Positions 12,543 through 24,894 of a stretch of DNA of 64,000 nucleotides are shown here, one piece after another. The notes below the pieces were generated by a model. The model did not search any database. It worked only from the letters and a program-made list of their open reading frames with translations, and was not told the origin of the DNA. Numbering within the stretch: the first letter of the stretch is position 1; each line of letters begins with the position of its first letter. Made by a program: the position numbers and the translations under genes. This DNA is from Diadema antillarum (taxonomy: Eukaryota), in NCBI RefSeq assembly GCF_040938485.1, contig NW_027271166.1, positions 434,001 to 498,000 on the forward strand, in the 5' to 3' direction.

Positions 12543-13385
12543 AGTTTCATCATCTGTTTCTCTGTTGAAACATATCATTGCATGTAGGCCTACAGAGTGT
12601 CCATGACTGTCTGTTTGGTGACGTCATCTTTATGTAAACAACGAATGATCTAATATGCGGTAAGGAAAATTAGCAGACAATTCAGAATTAGATTGATAAG
12701 GGGTAAATGTAAATAAGAATCATAAATTTAGAATGGTAAATCATAACTTAGACTAAGTGACTCCCGCGTCATCCGACGCATGACTCGCTCAGCCTCCTCC
12801 ATTTGGATATGTCAGCAGTCAGGTCTTTTATATTCCCCCAGTTTCCAAGTTTCCACGTTTCCAAATCATGCTTCATGTCATTTGTATCATTCCGGAATAT
12901 GATTTAAAAAGTCAAGTCAAAACAAAACAAAACAAAACTTTCACTCAGCGGTAGATTCTGCTTTACTTGTTTTTGTGTGTGTTTTTTAAAGACTTTGTCA
13001 TCGAGTACTGTTTCTGACACCATCGGTCATAACAGATTCGACCTTTGCAAGACGTCCAGAACACTCGGCATTTAACTCAATTTGTTTTCGTTTGACTTTC
13101 AACGAACTATATACACAGTGAGATTTGACCACAATCATGTTCATCGGTCAAACAGAAAGATATTATTTTAATGTTTGATACTATCAGGGACCTGTTGCAT
13201 GAAACTTTCTAACTGGGAAAACTTAGGTTGATTGTTTTTTTTTTTCGCAGAGCTTTCCCTGTGTTAGAGTCAATGGAGGAATCATACTAACCCAATTTTT
13301 CTGTTCTGTTCTCTTGTGTTTTTCTCAGGTATAACGTTTATGCAACAGGTCCCTGGTGTTAAGATATACAAGATTGTATACTTAC

Positions 13386-13425
13386 ATACGGATAGCAGCA
13401 AACAAAGCAGGCACCGCGTCGTCAT
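13386..13425 (-). CDS. Probable first coding exon (signal peptide), gene copy 2
   Basis: aagATG ACG ACG CGG TGC CTG CTT TGT TTG CTG CTA TCC GTA T|GTaagt. The phase-1 end joins the next exon to give MTTRCLLCLLLSVYGTWLVYAS, a signal-peptide-like sequence. Confidence 0.55.
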
Positions 13426-14177
13426 CTTGATGTGTTCGTTTGTTCTGTGTGTTACTCCTAAATACCATAGCATAGAAAGTGACGGAACGATAAGTTCCAC
13501 TTTACTATTTCTTAATCGCACCCTGTATTTTTTTCCACAAGCACAAACTTCACTTTCACTATGTTCACATCAGAATAATATAATGACCAACGCACAACGA
13601 ATAAAAAAGCGCAGCCTGACACATAGGGCCTACTCCCACACACACAGGCATGATACATGATATATGCACATGTACAAGCTTCCTGTACTCTACACTTGTA
13701 TTTCGAAATATCCTTTTCTTTTCTACATTAATACCCTATACCGTTGCTATAAAATACTAATATGTATCCCACTATGTTATATTCACTTAATTTGTTCCAC
13801 AAGTCAATACATACATAGAAGTTTAACTTGGAATTCTGCATTGAACGTAAAGTTCGATTGTGATTTCACCCAAAAATGTAGTCCTTATTGCATTGATTAC
13901 AATGACTCTGCAAAGAATAATCAGAGACAATATTGCTGCATATAATCCGTGGTACTCAAAATATATACTTATAAACTGCGTAAGACTGCATTGGTAATCT
14001 CACAATAAGCAGATAAGCAACAGGTGTGATATTGATTCAGACAACTTACCTTTCCCATTTCTCATGTTTCCTATTTCGAATTTTTCCGAAGTACGTTGCT
14101 GGTGGGAGAGCTTATATAGTCAGAGTGACAGAGAAGTTGAAATTTTCTGTAGCGCGGGGTTGAGAGGTAGAGAACGA

Positions 14178-14218
<41 letters not shown>

Positions 14219-16274
14219 AGAGAGAGAGGGTGGGGGTGGGGAGAGAACTTTGTCATGCAAGTAAATGCCATGCTACTCTGCGTAGCCTTGTTGCTCTGGG
14301 GATTCATGTATACAGTCATTAGCAAGCGGATTATGAATCGATATGAATGTTTTAGCATTCTCCCCTCAACGCATGGACTGAATGAACTGCGCTAAACAAC
14401 CTAGCCCCCCACCCCACCCCCACCCCCAATACAAAAAAGAAGGAAAAAAGATGGGTAGGATAGGGGGCTCTCACAATTAGGATGGGGGAAAAGTTGTTAG
14501 GAAATGAAAAACTAGTGAGTCTAATGCACTTATTTGTCACTTTTTTTTTCAATCTCTCTCTTTCTCTCTGTTTATATAAGCTCACTCTCTCTTTTCCCTC
14601 TAGATGTATTAACATGATGAGCAACAAAGTTTTTTCTTGCTTTTTTTTTGACACGCTAGTCTTTTCACGGAGAGCAATTTCGTTAATGTGGACTATTCAA
14701 TCATCTTGACTCAATCGAGTCGGCATCTATGCCCCAACACTGCGCATTAATTTGAACTCCGCTTTGTTTGCATCATGTGCGAAACGCCGGAGGCAAACAC
14801 GGCAAAGCGAGTTTGAACTGCCATCAGCAAATAGATGAAACATTGTGTTCCTACCCCGGCATTTCTGTCTTTCTGTCTTTCTTTCTGTTTTGGTTACTCA
14901 GTGAAAGCATAAAGTGGCGTCTAACACTCCACCTCTTTCCCCCTACCTTCCTCCCTATCTATACATGCTTTCCACTCCGTAAAATAGGTAAGTATTGATT
15001 TGGCACTTCATTATACATGCTGGCGGTTCAATTAGGGAGTACATGTACATGAAGATGATGACTGTAATGCTGTTTAATTATTCCTTGCGTCCGTCAAGGC
15101 ACCAGTATAGAACCAAACTACACAAGGGAAATAAATCTTCGTCTATTTCGATGCCATGATTTGTTTTGTGATTAGTTCTCTTTGTCCTTATCACCAGCAT
15201 ACATCAAGGAAAATAAATCTTGGTCTATTTTATTGCCGTGTTTCGGATTGTGAATAATTTTCTTTGCTCTCATCAGAATGAACGACAGTTCTTGAATGAT
15301 TTAAGAGGACTATTGTACGATTTAACCAATCCATCGATATGACACCGTTTTCCAAGGAAGTAAGAACAAAAATGCTTTATATTTCTTGTTTGACAATAAA
15401 ATTGGCTTTTGTATGACTTTCTGATCAATGTATGCCTACGCATATCACGAGAGCTAGTTCACTTCTTTTCGGACAAAAGGGGTCATATGTTTTATAATTT
15501 TGATGCAATACAGACTCACAAAACGGAGACATACATGAATATGAGGAGAGAAGATGGATAATAGTTCATCCTTTGTGGGAAGGACCAAGTTATCTACAAC
15601 ATGGCCATGTTGAAGGTTACGAAGCATAAAAGGTTAGAAGAAACCTTAAACACGAACCTGCAGTCGTGCAAGCTGGCCTAATGATCTGGCCACTTTCCTT
15701 GACAGATCTCATCCATGCAGTTAGACATGCATTGTTCCATCACAATTGCATACAAACTTGGAAAAAGTGCAATTTGTCATTGTTGCCTTAAAGTCCATGT
15801 GCTCAGTCATTCATGGCAATTGCCGACATGATTACGTATCAATGGAAAGAAGAAGAGTTCCCCTTTCCTCACAATCAACACTGCGCTCTCCATAGCTGGC
15901 AATTATGAAATAGTAGCCCTCCAAACTTGGATTACCTTTTTTTTTTTTGATACGCACTGTAGAGGGGGTAGGGGCAGAAGTTATGATGCAGCACGGGCTG
16001 AGTTGCAGGCTGCTCCATTTACGTGAAACGAAACTCTACTAAAAAAAGAGAGTTGATATATAGAGTACATGGAGAAAGAATTTATGATAAATATATTGAA
16101 GAAATTTCGTTAAAATCGCAAGTAGGTCTACTCTGGAGAGGGTAGTAGAACTTTAACGTTTCACTTAAATGTTTTATGACCTCATTTGCAAATTAGACGA
16201 TGGGACGATGCCAATTTTGACGGTGGTGAAGGACCACATTTCTGCCGCTCCAACCCGACTACAAGCCATCATAA

Positions 16275-16573
16275 GGCGTTTTCACATCAGCCCGATGAAA
16301 ATCCAAGCTCGAGATATTTTTCGCGATCGGAAACTATAGCGCGCTACATCATTTCCTATTCACGTCAGCCCGAACATTATCAAATAGCGCGCTAGTTCGC
16401 ATTGATTATGTATTTCGGAAATTTCCTGAGTTGGACTCGAGAAATTTTCTGGATCTATTAGCGCGCTAATTTGTATTCACATTATCAAATAGCGCGCTAT
16501 TTCTTGATCGGGTTAATTTCCCAAGTCAGAAAATAGCGCGCTATTTCGAAACATCGGGCTGACGTGAAAACGC
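16275..16573. mobile_element. Harbinger-like MITE with five internal TAGCGCGCTA palindromes
   Basis: TIR gcgttttcacatcagcccgatg ... catcgggctgacgtgaaaacgc (22 bp, 1 mismatch). The superfamily is inferred from the terminus style; the TSD is not clean. Confidence 0.75.
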
Positions 16574-19381
16574 ATTTAGGGTGATGTAACTCTGTAATAA
16601 TAGCCAAGTATGCAAAAAATTAATACGATCATTCCCCATCCTATCCCCTACAAAGAAAAAAATTAGATCTGTGTTCAAGTTAAGTCGATTTTTGTGAGGT
16701 AATTAATGTATTACTTTATGTCTAATCTTAATAAAGGGTCATGCTAGTCGTTTTTGTTTTTTTTTCAATTTTTGCAATATTTTTATATTCTATATTTTTA
16801 TATTTTTTCATAAACAAAACTCGAACGTTGAGCATTCGAACAGTTTGTTCAATTCATTTTCAACGCATGCCAATGTGCTTTCAAATAGAACGACGTACCT
16901 TAAGTAGTTCTGATTCTTTAAAAAGCATGAATTCATTAAACGAACTATTCATGTAAATAATAAGAACATGAAAAAAAAATGAAAAAAATACAGCATGATC
17001 TTCAAATTTTAAAGAAAACAAAAAAGGAGTTGGGGAAAGAGGAGACACCGTAGAAAAAAAAAATCTGTTGATTTTGACCACTACAAATTTCATTTCAATT
17101 TTCATTTCTTTGTCATTAAACAAACAAACACACAGATACGTGCACAATTGAAAAAAAAATGATTTAAATGTAGTCCTACCACTCGCATCCAGAATCACGT
17201 CTATAGATAAAGCACATAATTGCTATATGCTGCAGCAATTTAACAATTCGATGTTATTGCGTTGTTGTAATGATTCACTGTTACAATAAATCCTCAGGAG
17301 AGAAGTCGAAAATTTTGCAGTCTACCTCCACGATTATTATAATTCCTTTTATAATCAATATCATCTTTGCCATCATCAATTAGCACATGTAACTATCACG
17401 ATTGTTATCATCATTTGGATTTTAGAGACGATAAAGTCTACATGCGGAACACAGAATGATTGAGACTTTGGAAAGCATTCCGTTTTTAGCTGTTCTTTTA
17501 TCGGTCAGATGAAATGACAGATTTTATAGACATGGAACAATAGTCATGATAGTGGAAGAATCATTCTTTTGCTCAGCTGCTGCAGTAAATGCTCAATTAG
17601 AAAGTGATACCTAATCAATTTCAGGGCAAGAAAAAAAAATTATGTTAACTTTCACTGATAATGAATATGAATTCATTTTTTTTTATCATGATTATTCTTC
17701 CACATTGCATTTGAAAACTTCAATGTTGTTTCCGTTTTATCTAAGAGACAAACAATTTAAATAGGAGATAAAATTATAGAGATTAAATGGTAAGTAGCGC
17801 AATCAGATTAAGGAAGAATATACGGCGGTGATCTTCGACATCACATAATGTAATGACAGGGAACATAGAGATACTACATTTTTTTTTCATTTCATTTTAT
17901 TGCTTCTGTATGGTACAATGTAATCAAATATGCTCACTTTCAGAAATAAACACATGGTTCATAATAATTCATGGCTGATTTTGCACATGACAGGTAAGCA
18001 AATCATTGTGACAAAGAACGGAGATATAATAACACACACACACACACACACAAAAATGTCAAGGTACCATACAGGAGGATCCCCAGTAAGCCGGGCTTAA
18101 TATTGGTTTGGTTTGAATGGTTTATTGATCATCAAACTTCGCAGCCGAATGGCTGAATTGCGTCTGATTTACATCGATAAAAATACTGTGAGACAAAATA
18201 ACTTACATATACAAAACACGAACAGAATACAATCATTACGACAGCAACAAACAAATCATCAGTACATCAGTAGTGGAAATTGATTCAGTATATGAATTAT
18301 ACTGCAACAAAAACGGAGTTGAGTGAAAGAAATACATACATTTACATATACATATACATATACAATGTACATGTATATGTATCTTATATCCTCCATTAGT
18401 GACGTACATTGTATCACAACCCTTTAAGCTAATAAAGAGGGTATAGAAGAATAAGAGAGGAGGCGTGGAATGAGGAATGTTGAGAGATAGAAAATGCTAT
18501 GGAAGTATGAGGCTGAGACAGGAACAGAGTGAGGGAGAGAGAGGAGAAAAAAAGAAACAAAGGCTGGGGGAAAAGAAAAGGAGGCACAAAGGGAAAGCAG
18601 GAGAAATGTGAGAAGAAGAAGAGGAGCGAGTAGAGGGGAAAAGGAAGGAAAGAAAGGGAAAGAAGCTGTATGCGTCTGGATAAATATAAAAAACAGACAA
18701 TTAAAACATAATGGACATACAGATGTTAACCCATTATTGCACTTCAGTTGAAGGACAAGTACAAATTGTGCTAACAAAAAAATATGTCTATATAAACTTC
18801 TGCATATCAATACTTCAAATTATTCAATCATTCATTCATTCATTCATAATATTGGGGCCTCATGCACAAAGATATTGGGGGCTCATGCACAAACATCCCA
18901 TAATTAAGGTAGTAGCGTGGAACGCTATGATTGAAATGCAAAGTTCCAAAGTCCAAGGACAACGTTCAAAGTTGCATGCATTCAATATGTACATACGCCG
19001 TCTCAACCTCGCTGAGCTAACAAAACTCCAGTAGTACCGGACTAGAGAGGATAGGGAGGTGGTAGTTGTGACTTTCTAAAGGTAGGGAGGTGTAGTTGTG
19101 ACTTTTTAAAGGACTCAAGGTCATTTCGTATCCACGCGAAACTCACTGTCTACCGACTCTGGGACTGACTGGTCGATTGCTTGATTGCAACATTGAATTT
19201 AGCAGGAATCAAGGAGTTCTCGGCAATTGCAAGGCAACAGTACGTTATACGTTTCCGCTTATAAATCCGATATAAGTGTGTCAATAATATCGCCGTTGGT
19301 GTGCTGTCCTTGCAGCAATGGTGTTCAGCAATTCAGTAACAGAGGCGATTTAGATATACCCTATACATGATAGCCATCAAG

Positions 19382-20239
19382 ATGAGCGGAGACTCTACTT
19401 GTGCTTCACGTATTTTGCTGATCCTGTTCGCATCCTGCCAGCTGGGCTACGGGGCAAATATCCTGATTTTTGCTGGACTTGGAGAGGGCAGTCACTTTTT
19501 AACGGCTGGAAATATAGGGAATGGTCTCATCAAGAGGGGTCACAATGTGACTGCACTGATAAGCAACGCGTACAGCAATCGCGCTCAAGATCCCAAGTTC
19601 AAGGACATCCACTTCGAGATTTTTAAGCACAACGTGCCGCCGGAAGCCGTGCACGACCGCATGATGCGTATGACCGCCTTGGCTTTTAAGGGCACATGGC
19701 TGAGAGACGTGTTGCGAAACCTGAGCGCTCTGATGGAAGAAAACGTCGACGATTGCCGCGCGCTGTTCAGCGACGAAGCACTGCTGCGCAGATTGAAGGA
19801 AGTCCGGTACGACGTCGCCATCGTTGACCCTATATGGCATTGTTCTCTGCTGATCGGCGAATACGCTGCCAAGAGACATGTCAGTATGATGTCGACGGCT
19901 TGGATACCAAACCTCGGACGCGTGAACGGGAACCCATCAAACCCCGCCTACGTGTCGGAGATGGGGATGGGTTTCACCAATCACATGACGTTCATGCAGA
20001 GGACAAGCAACTTCCTCATGTGCCTCGTCGGCATGGCAACCATTTCCACGGCGAACGCCTTCGTGGGCATTCAGCACGATCACGGCATCTGTCCGCATCT
20101 GCAGACCAGCGATCTCTACCACAGATCGCAGCTGGTTCTAGCCAACGTCGACTTCGCCGTGGAGTTCCCGGTTCCCTTGCAGCCTCACGTCAAGGCGGTT
20201 GGTGGTCTCACCACTGAGCCGGCTAAGCGTCTTGATGAG
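19382..20239 (+). CDS. UDP-glycosyltransferase (UDPGT family) copy 1, exon 1 (signal peptide + N-terminal acceptor-binding domain)
   Basis: MSGDSTC...GANILIFAGLGEGSHF (catalytic His), VAIVDP (catalytic Asp), PSNPAYV, MTFMQR, DFAVEFPVPLQPHVKAVGGL. Donor GAG|GTgggt. An in-frame ATG at 19367 is absent from copy 2. Confidence 0.93.
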
Positions 20240-21704
20240 GTGGGTCAGAATGAGTGTGCCGAAACAAAACAATAATATGTACCCTTTTGTTGATTGATTG
20301 TTGAATCTTCTTCTCCTGCTTCTAAAAGTAATCGTGCTGATGTTATTGATGGTGACAACAGAGATGATGATCATAAATTCTCATAATGATTATTACCATA
20401 AAACTCTAGTGGTACTGGATAAGCGTATTAGAATGCAGGAAAGAAAATCTTTATTAGAATTCCATATAAGACTCTGATAAAATCCATGATATCGCTGAAA
20501 TTGGGGATAACTATGATAATGATTATGGATGTATGGTTCACAAACAAACAGTTTATACGATTATGATAACTACGTTAACATTCTTGACTTAGACGTGGCA
20601 ACCTCACCTAGGTCTCAGTTTTCCTGTCACTCAATGCTCAATCCTCATCAAGTATAATCATGTAACCCTTACGTTGAAAAGAGAAATAAGCTATTCGCCA
20701 TGAGTCACACCGCTAACCTCTACATGAATTCTAGAAAGAGATCAATGCATTTGCTATTCCCTTTGTAATAACTCTATATTCTCTGTCAGAGGCCTATAGG
20801 ATATTATATAAGGAAATGAAGCTTGGGACCGATTTCCTGACCAATTTCTAATACAGCTTGGAAAGTATGAACAGGGAGGTGGACTCTCTACCACCTCTCT
20901 GGTATGAAGTACACACTGGCTTTCCTCTGCTTGGCAACCTTCCTTCCTTTATTGAGTAATCATCCCCCTCTCCCTCCAGTCTTATTTGAATTTCTTCCTG
21001 TTACACGAAATTGTCATTGAACGTTAGTGATTGTCCTTGAATTGATCTGCTGTTGATTAGTAGCAAATATTGTTCCTCATATTGCATTCAGACTGTGTCA
21101 GGGCTAGAAAAAGAAAAAGAAAAAGAAAAACCGACACGCCCTCTTCTCCCCCCAAAATACGCGTTTTCAAGTACGAAGGGCTATCCTTGAGAGAAGATTA
21201 ATGACAACCTCCGAAACCCCATAGAATAGTTGCCCTAGAAAAAAACCCAGTTACAACATCAAAACACGCACACACAGCTATATGTAGTTCCATGCACACG
21301 TCATGTTCACACATACGCACATACAAACACAAAAGCGCAGACAGGGGTGGACCTATCCGGCCTGCGGTTTCATTTGTTCATTAATTAATCAGTTGATTAA
21401 TTAATTAAATAATCAATTCATTCATTCATTCATTCATTCATTCATTCATTCATTCATTTATTAATTTATTCATTCATTCATTCATTCAAGTTTTATTTTC
21501 ATTTCCGAACAATACCTGGGTAATACAGGCATCAATAGCATTTCATACATAGAATTTCGGCAAACCAAACGAACATCGAAAAGAAAATTTTTTGGATTGA
21601 CGCTATGTTCTGTTCTCCACCCCGACCTCCCTATCTCCCTATCTCCTTCCTCTCCACCGCCCCACCCCACACCCACCACTCCCTCTCTCTGATTCTACCT
21701 CCAG

Positions 21705-21930
21705 GACCTTGAGGAGTTCGTACAGAGCTCTGGGGATGCTGGCATCATCATCTTCTCGCTCGGTACTTATGTCTCCTTCCTGGAAGAGAGACTAATAGCC
21801 ATGTTCGCCGACTCGTTTTCCAAGCTGCCGCAGAAGGTTGTCTGGCAGCTCCGGGGAACTCCTCCGGCCGTGCTCGAGGGCAGACCGAACATCAAGATCA
21901 TGAACTGGCTGCCGCAAAACGATTTACTAG
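21705..21930 (+). CDS. UGT copy 1, exon 2
   Basis: cctccAG|GAC...CTAG|GTaag, 226 bp: DLEEFVQSSGDAGIIIFSLGT...LPQKVVW...WLPQNDLL. Confidence 0.95.
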
Positions 21931-22825
21931 GTAAGACTATTGCAGACATTATCCTTTTTTATGTCTATGAATAGCAAGTCAATTATAAAAGTGTTTAATT
22001 CTTTTGTTGGGCGCGGGGTAGGAAATGAATCGTACAAGTATCTTTTTTAAGCATTCCTTCCAATCTCCAGGATTTGTATGTACTCAAAATGCTTTTTTCC
22101 AACCTTCTCTGTTAATTGCATAATTATAAATTTCTTATGTTGTACATTGTAATTTCAATACACTACTAATTCCCCCCCCCCCCAACAAAAAAAAAAATCA
22201 TGCTGGCATGTTTTTGTTGGAGATGGAAAATGAATGAATGAATGAATGAATGAATGAATGAATTATTGGAACAACCATTATAATACAGAACATTTTTTTT
22301 TACTAATCTGTATGTTCACATTTATTTCTTCATTACTCCATTCATTTATCTATCTTTAGCTCTTTTATTTTCATTATTTATCTATTCATTGATTTGTGTA
22401 TCTATTCAATTATCTATTGGTTTGTTGATTTATTCATTCATTTACCTATCACTGTCATTAGTGGAAGGTATACATTTGTTTCGCTTTGTTTTGTATCTGC
22501 CGTGCATGTATTCTTCGCTAATGTTGAAGGACTCCTATTACATGTATTAGTTGCTTCCTTTAATCAGACACCACAAAACACATGCGTGTCTGCAGCATAC
22601 TATCGACCATTCTGTAAACATGGTACATGGTTTTTGGCACTTCACATCTTGTCGGAAGAGATATTCAATTATCAAAAAATTTATTGATAGGCGACATTTT
22701 TTAGAATACGAGCTGAAACATACGCAAAGGATTTTCTTTCATGAAGCAAAATAAGAAGCAAACAACAAAAAACAAACAAACATCACAATAACTCTCTTTG
22801 GCTTCGTGTTTTTTTTTTCTCAAAG

Positions 22826-23045
22826 GCCACAACAAGACCAGGGTGTTCGTGTATCAAGGGGGTAACAACGGTCTCTACGAAGCCGTCTACCACGCTGTAC
22901 CGCTTATCGTCATTCCACTGTTAGGCGACCAATTCGACGTCGCTGCCAGAGTGAAGAGTCGAGGAATCGGTCAGTCGCTCGACATCAAGTCCGTCACGAC
23001 AGAAAATATCGTCTCTGCCTTGTCCGCCGTCATCAATGACCACAA
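22826..23045 (+). CDS. UGT copy 1, exon 3 (UGT signature)
   Basis: caaAG|GC...CACAA|GTaag, 220 bp: GHNKTRVFVYQGGNNGLYEAVYHAVPLIVIPLLGDQFDVAAR. Confidence 0.95.
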
Positions 23046-23191
23046 GTAAGGGGATAAACAAAGGTCAATGACAATGATGATGTGGCGATATTTCTGCAGG
23101 TCTGATTCATTTATGAATTGAATTGTATCGACAGATGTACGTGCAGATGAAGCACATAATGTTTGCCTTATTCATATCTTAACAGCCATTG

Positions 23192-23835
23192 TTAAAAGGG
23201 ATGGTAGTATTGGTTGAGGCAAGGATTCAGCCTGTAACCTTTTGCAAGATACTTGGAAACCGGTTTAGTGAATGTTAGAGAAGATAATTTTCTGAGGGGA
23301 ATTCAAATTTTTTTATGATGAAAATAAGTTTTGAATAACGAAGATACTCTCTAAAAAAAAAATCGAGTGAAAATATTCACTCTTGAAAGAGTGAATACAA
23401 AAAAGGAGTGAATTTATGGTGAAATTGGAGCGATTTTTTAGTGAAAATGTTTATTTTCACTCAAAATTCACTCCAATTTCACTCTAAATTCACTCTTTTT
23501 TGTATTCACTCTTTCAAGAGTGAATATTTTTACTCAATTTCTTAGAGAGTATTTATATATACATAACACAGTAAAAAAGAGATCTTAATAAAAGGTACGT
23601 CAAACCTTGTATTAGGATTGCTATATTTTGGATATCTCGGCCATTTCAAAACCAACTTTTATCAAATTAACTTTGGAATCCTCTTAGAATTACACTGTAT
23701 ATGCTCTTCCATATTTCGTAAGAGGTTTCTCATTTAGTGTCATTATCTTTAAAAAAAAAAGCCTGATCAAAAAATGCTTGAAACCTGAAGCCCCCTCCTA
23801 ACCCAAACTGTGGTAGTACATGTACATTCCTTTAA
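23192..23835. mobile_element. Kolobok-like TTAA MITE interrupted by a nested hairpin element
   Basis: ttaaaagggatggtag ... cattcctttaa; the body matches other family copies once 23347-23549 is removed. Confidence 0.75.
23347..23549. mobile_element. ~200-bp fold-back MITE flanked by TA
   Basis: TA|ctctctaaaa..gagtgaaaatattcactcttgaaagagtgaatacaaaaaa ... ttttttgtattcactctttcaagagtgaatatt..ttagagag|TA, a near-complete hairpin. Missing from the paralogous MITE at ~33418. Confidence 0.85.
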
Positions 23836-24475
23836 TTGTTTTTCATCTTTGGACGATCTAGTATACAATGGTATACGAAGAGTGTGATAGCAAAACGAGA
23901 TGTCTCCATTTTTGCCAATTTAAGAATCTTAATGTGGCAAAAGTGGAGACAACTCATTTTGTTATCACACTCTTCGTAAACATCTGATGTTTGCGATAAA
24001 AGATGCCAAAAGACAATGAAAACAAATTAAAAGATATGGGATATTTCTCATTATAACTTCGAAAATTATGTATGTCTATAAAGTAAGGTATCGTCGTAAA
24101 GGTATTATTTTGCTCAAGAAATTTGGGCCTGCATGCATAAATTTGAGATCAAGCATAAGTGAGACAATCAAACATAAGTCTCGGAATACTCAATTCTGAT
24201 TGGCTGATACCTGACTTAAGTTTAATTTTTTGTTTTGTTTTGTTTGTTGCACCTTTGTATGCAACAGGGCCCTGTTGTCTAGATGATGAAGATGTACTGT
24301 CTTAAGGCGCTGTTACTATAAATCAAAATGTTGGACAGTTGACGGCTATATGAAAATCCACATGCACATTACGGACATCATGGAAATAAAGTCGAGCGTA
24401 GTCGTATTGTCATGGGTAGTAAATATTTCCAGCTAAGATTAGTGTTCCTCATACTCTGTCTTCTTCTTCAGCACA

Positions 24476-24534
<59 letters not shown>

Positions 24535-24611
24535 ATGCCATGCGCGTTGGGGGCGCCCTTTCTCTTTACACGATCATGTTTCTTTATCTTTTTTATTTTC
24601 ATTCGGCGTAG

Positions 24612-24894
24612 ATATAAGGAGACAGCTCGGCGGGTGTCGGCGACTTTTCACAGCAGTCCCATGAAGCCGGTCGAGAGTGCCGTATTTTGGGTCGAACACC
24701 TCATCGACCACGGGGGCGAGTACATGCGACCACCGATACATGACCTCACCACCGTGCAGTATCTGATGCTCGACGTCGTCGCGTTTCTCCTCTCTTTAGT
24801 CATGATCGTTCTGGTCGCCCTGGTGTTCACGTGCAGATTTTCGCTGAGATGTTGCAAACGTTTGGTAGCTAGGAAAAAGGCCAAGAGTGAATAA
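24612..24894 (+). CDS. UGT copy 1, exon 4 (TM helix and cytosolic tail)
   Basis: cgtAG|ATATAAG: YKETARR...FWVEHLIDHGG...LMLDVVAFLL...RKKAKSE*. The four exons total 1587 bp = 528 aa + stop. Confidence 0.95.

Noticed and set aside
19399-20374. Overlapping alternative-frame and antisense ORFs in UGT exon 1 (also 28396-29214)
   Set aside because: Shadow ORFs of GC-rich coding sequence with no recognisable motifs.
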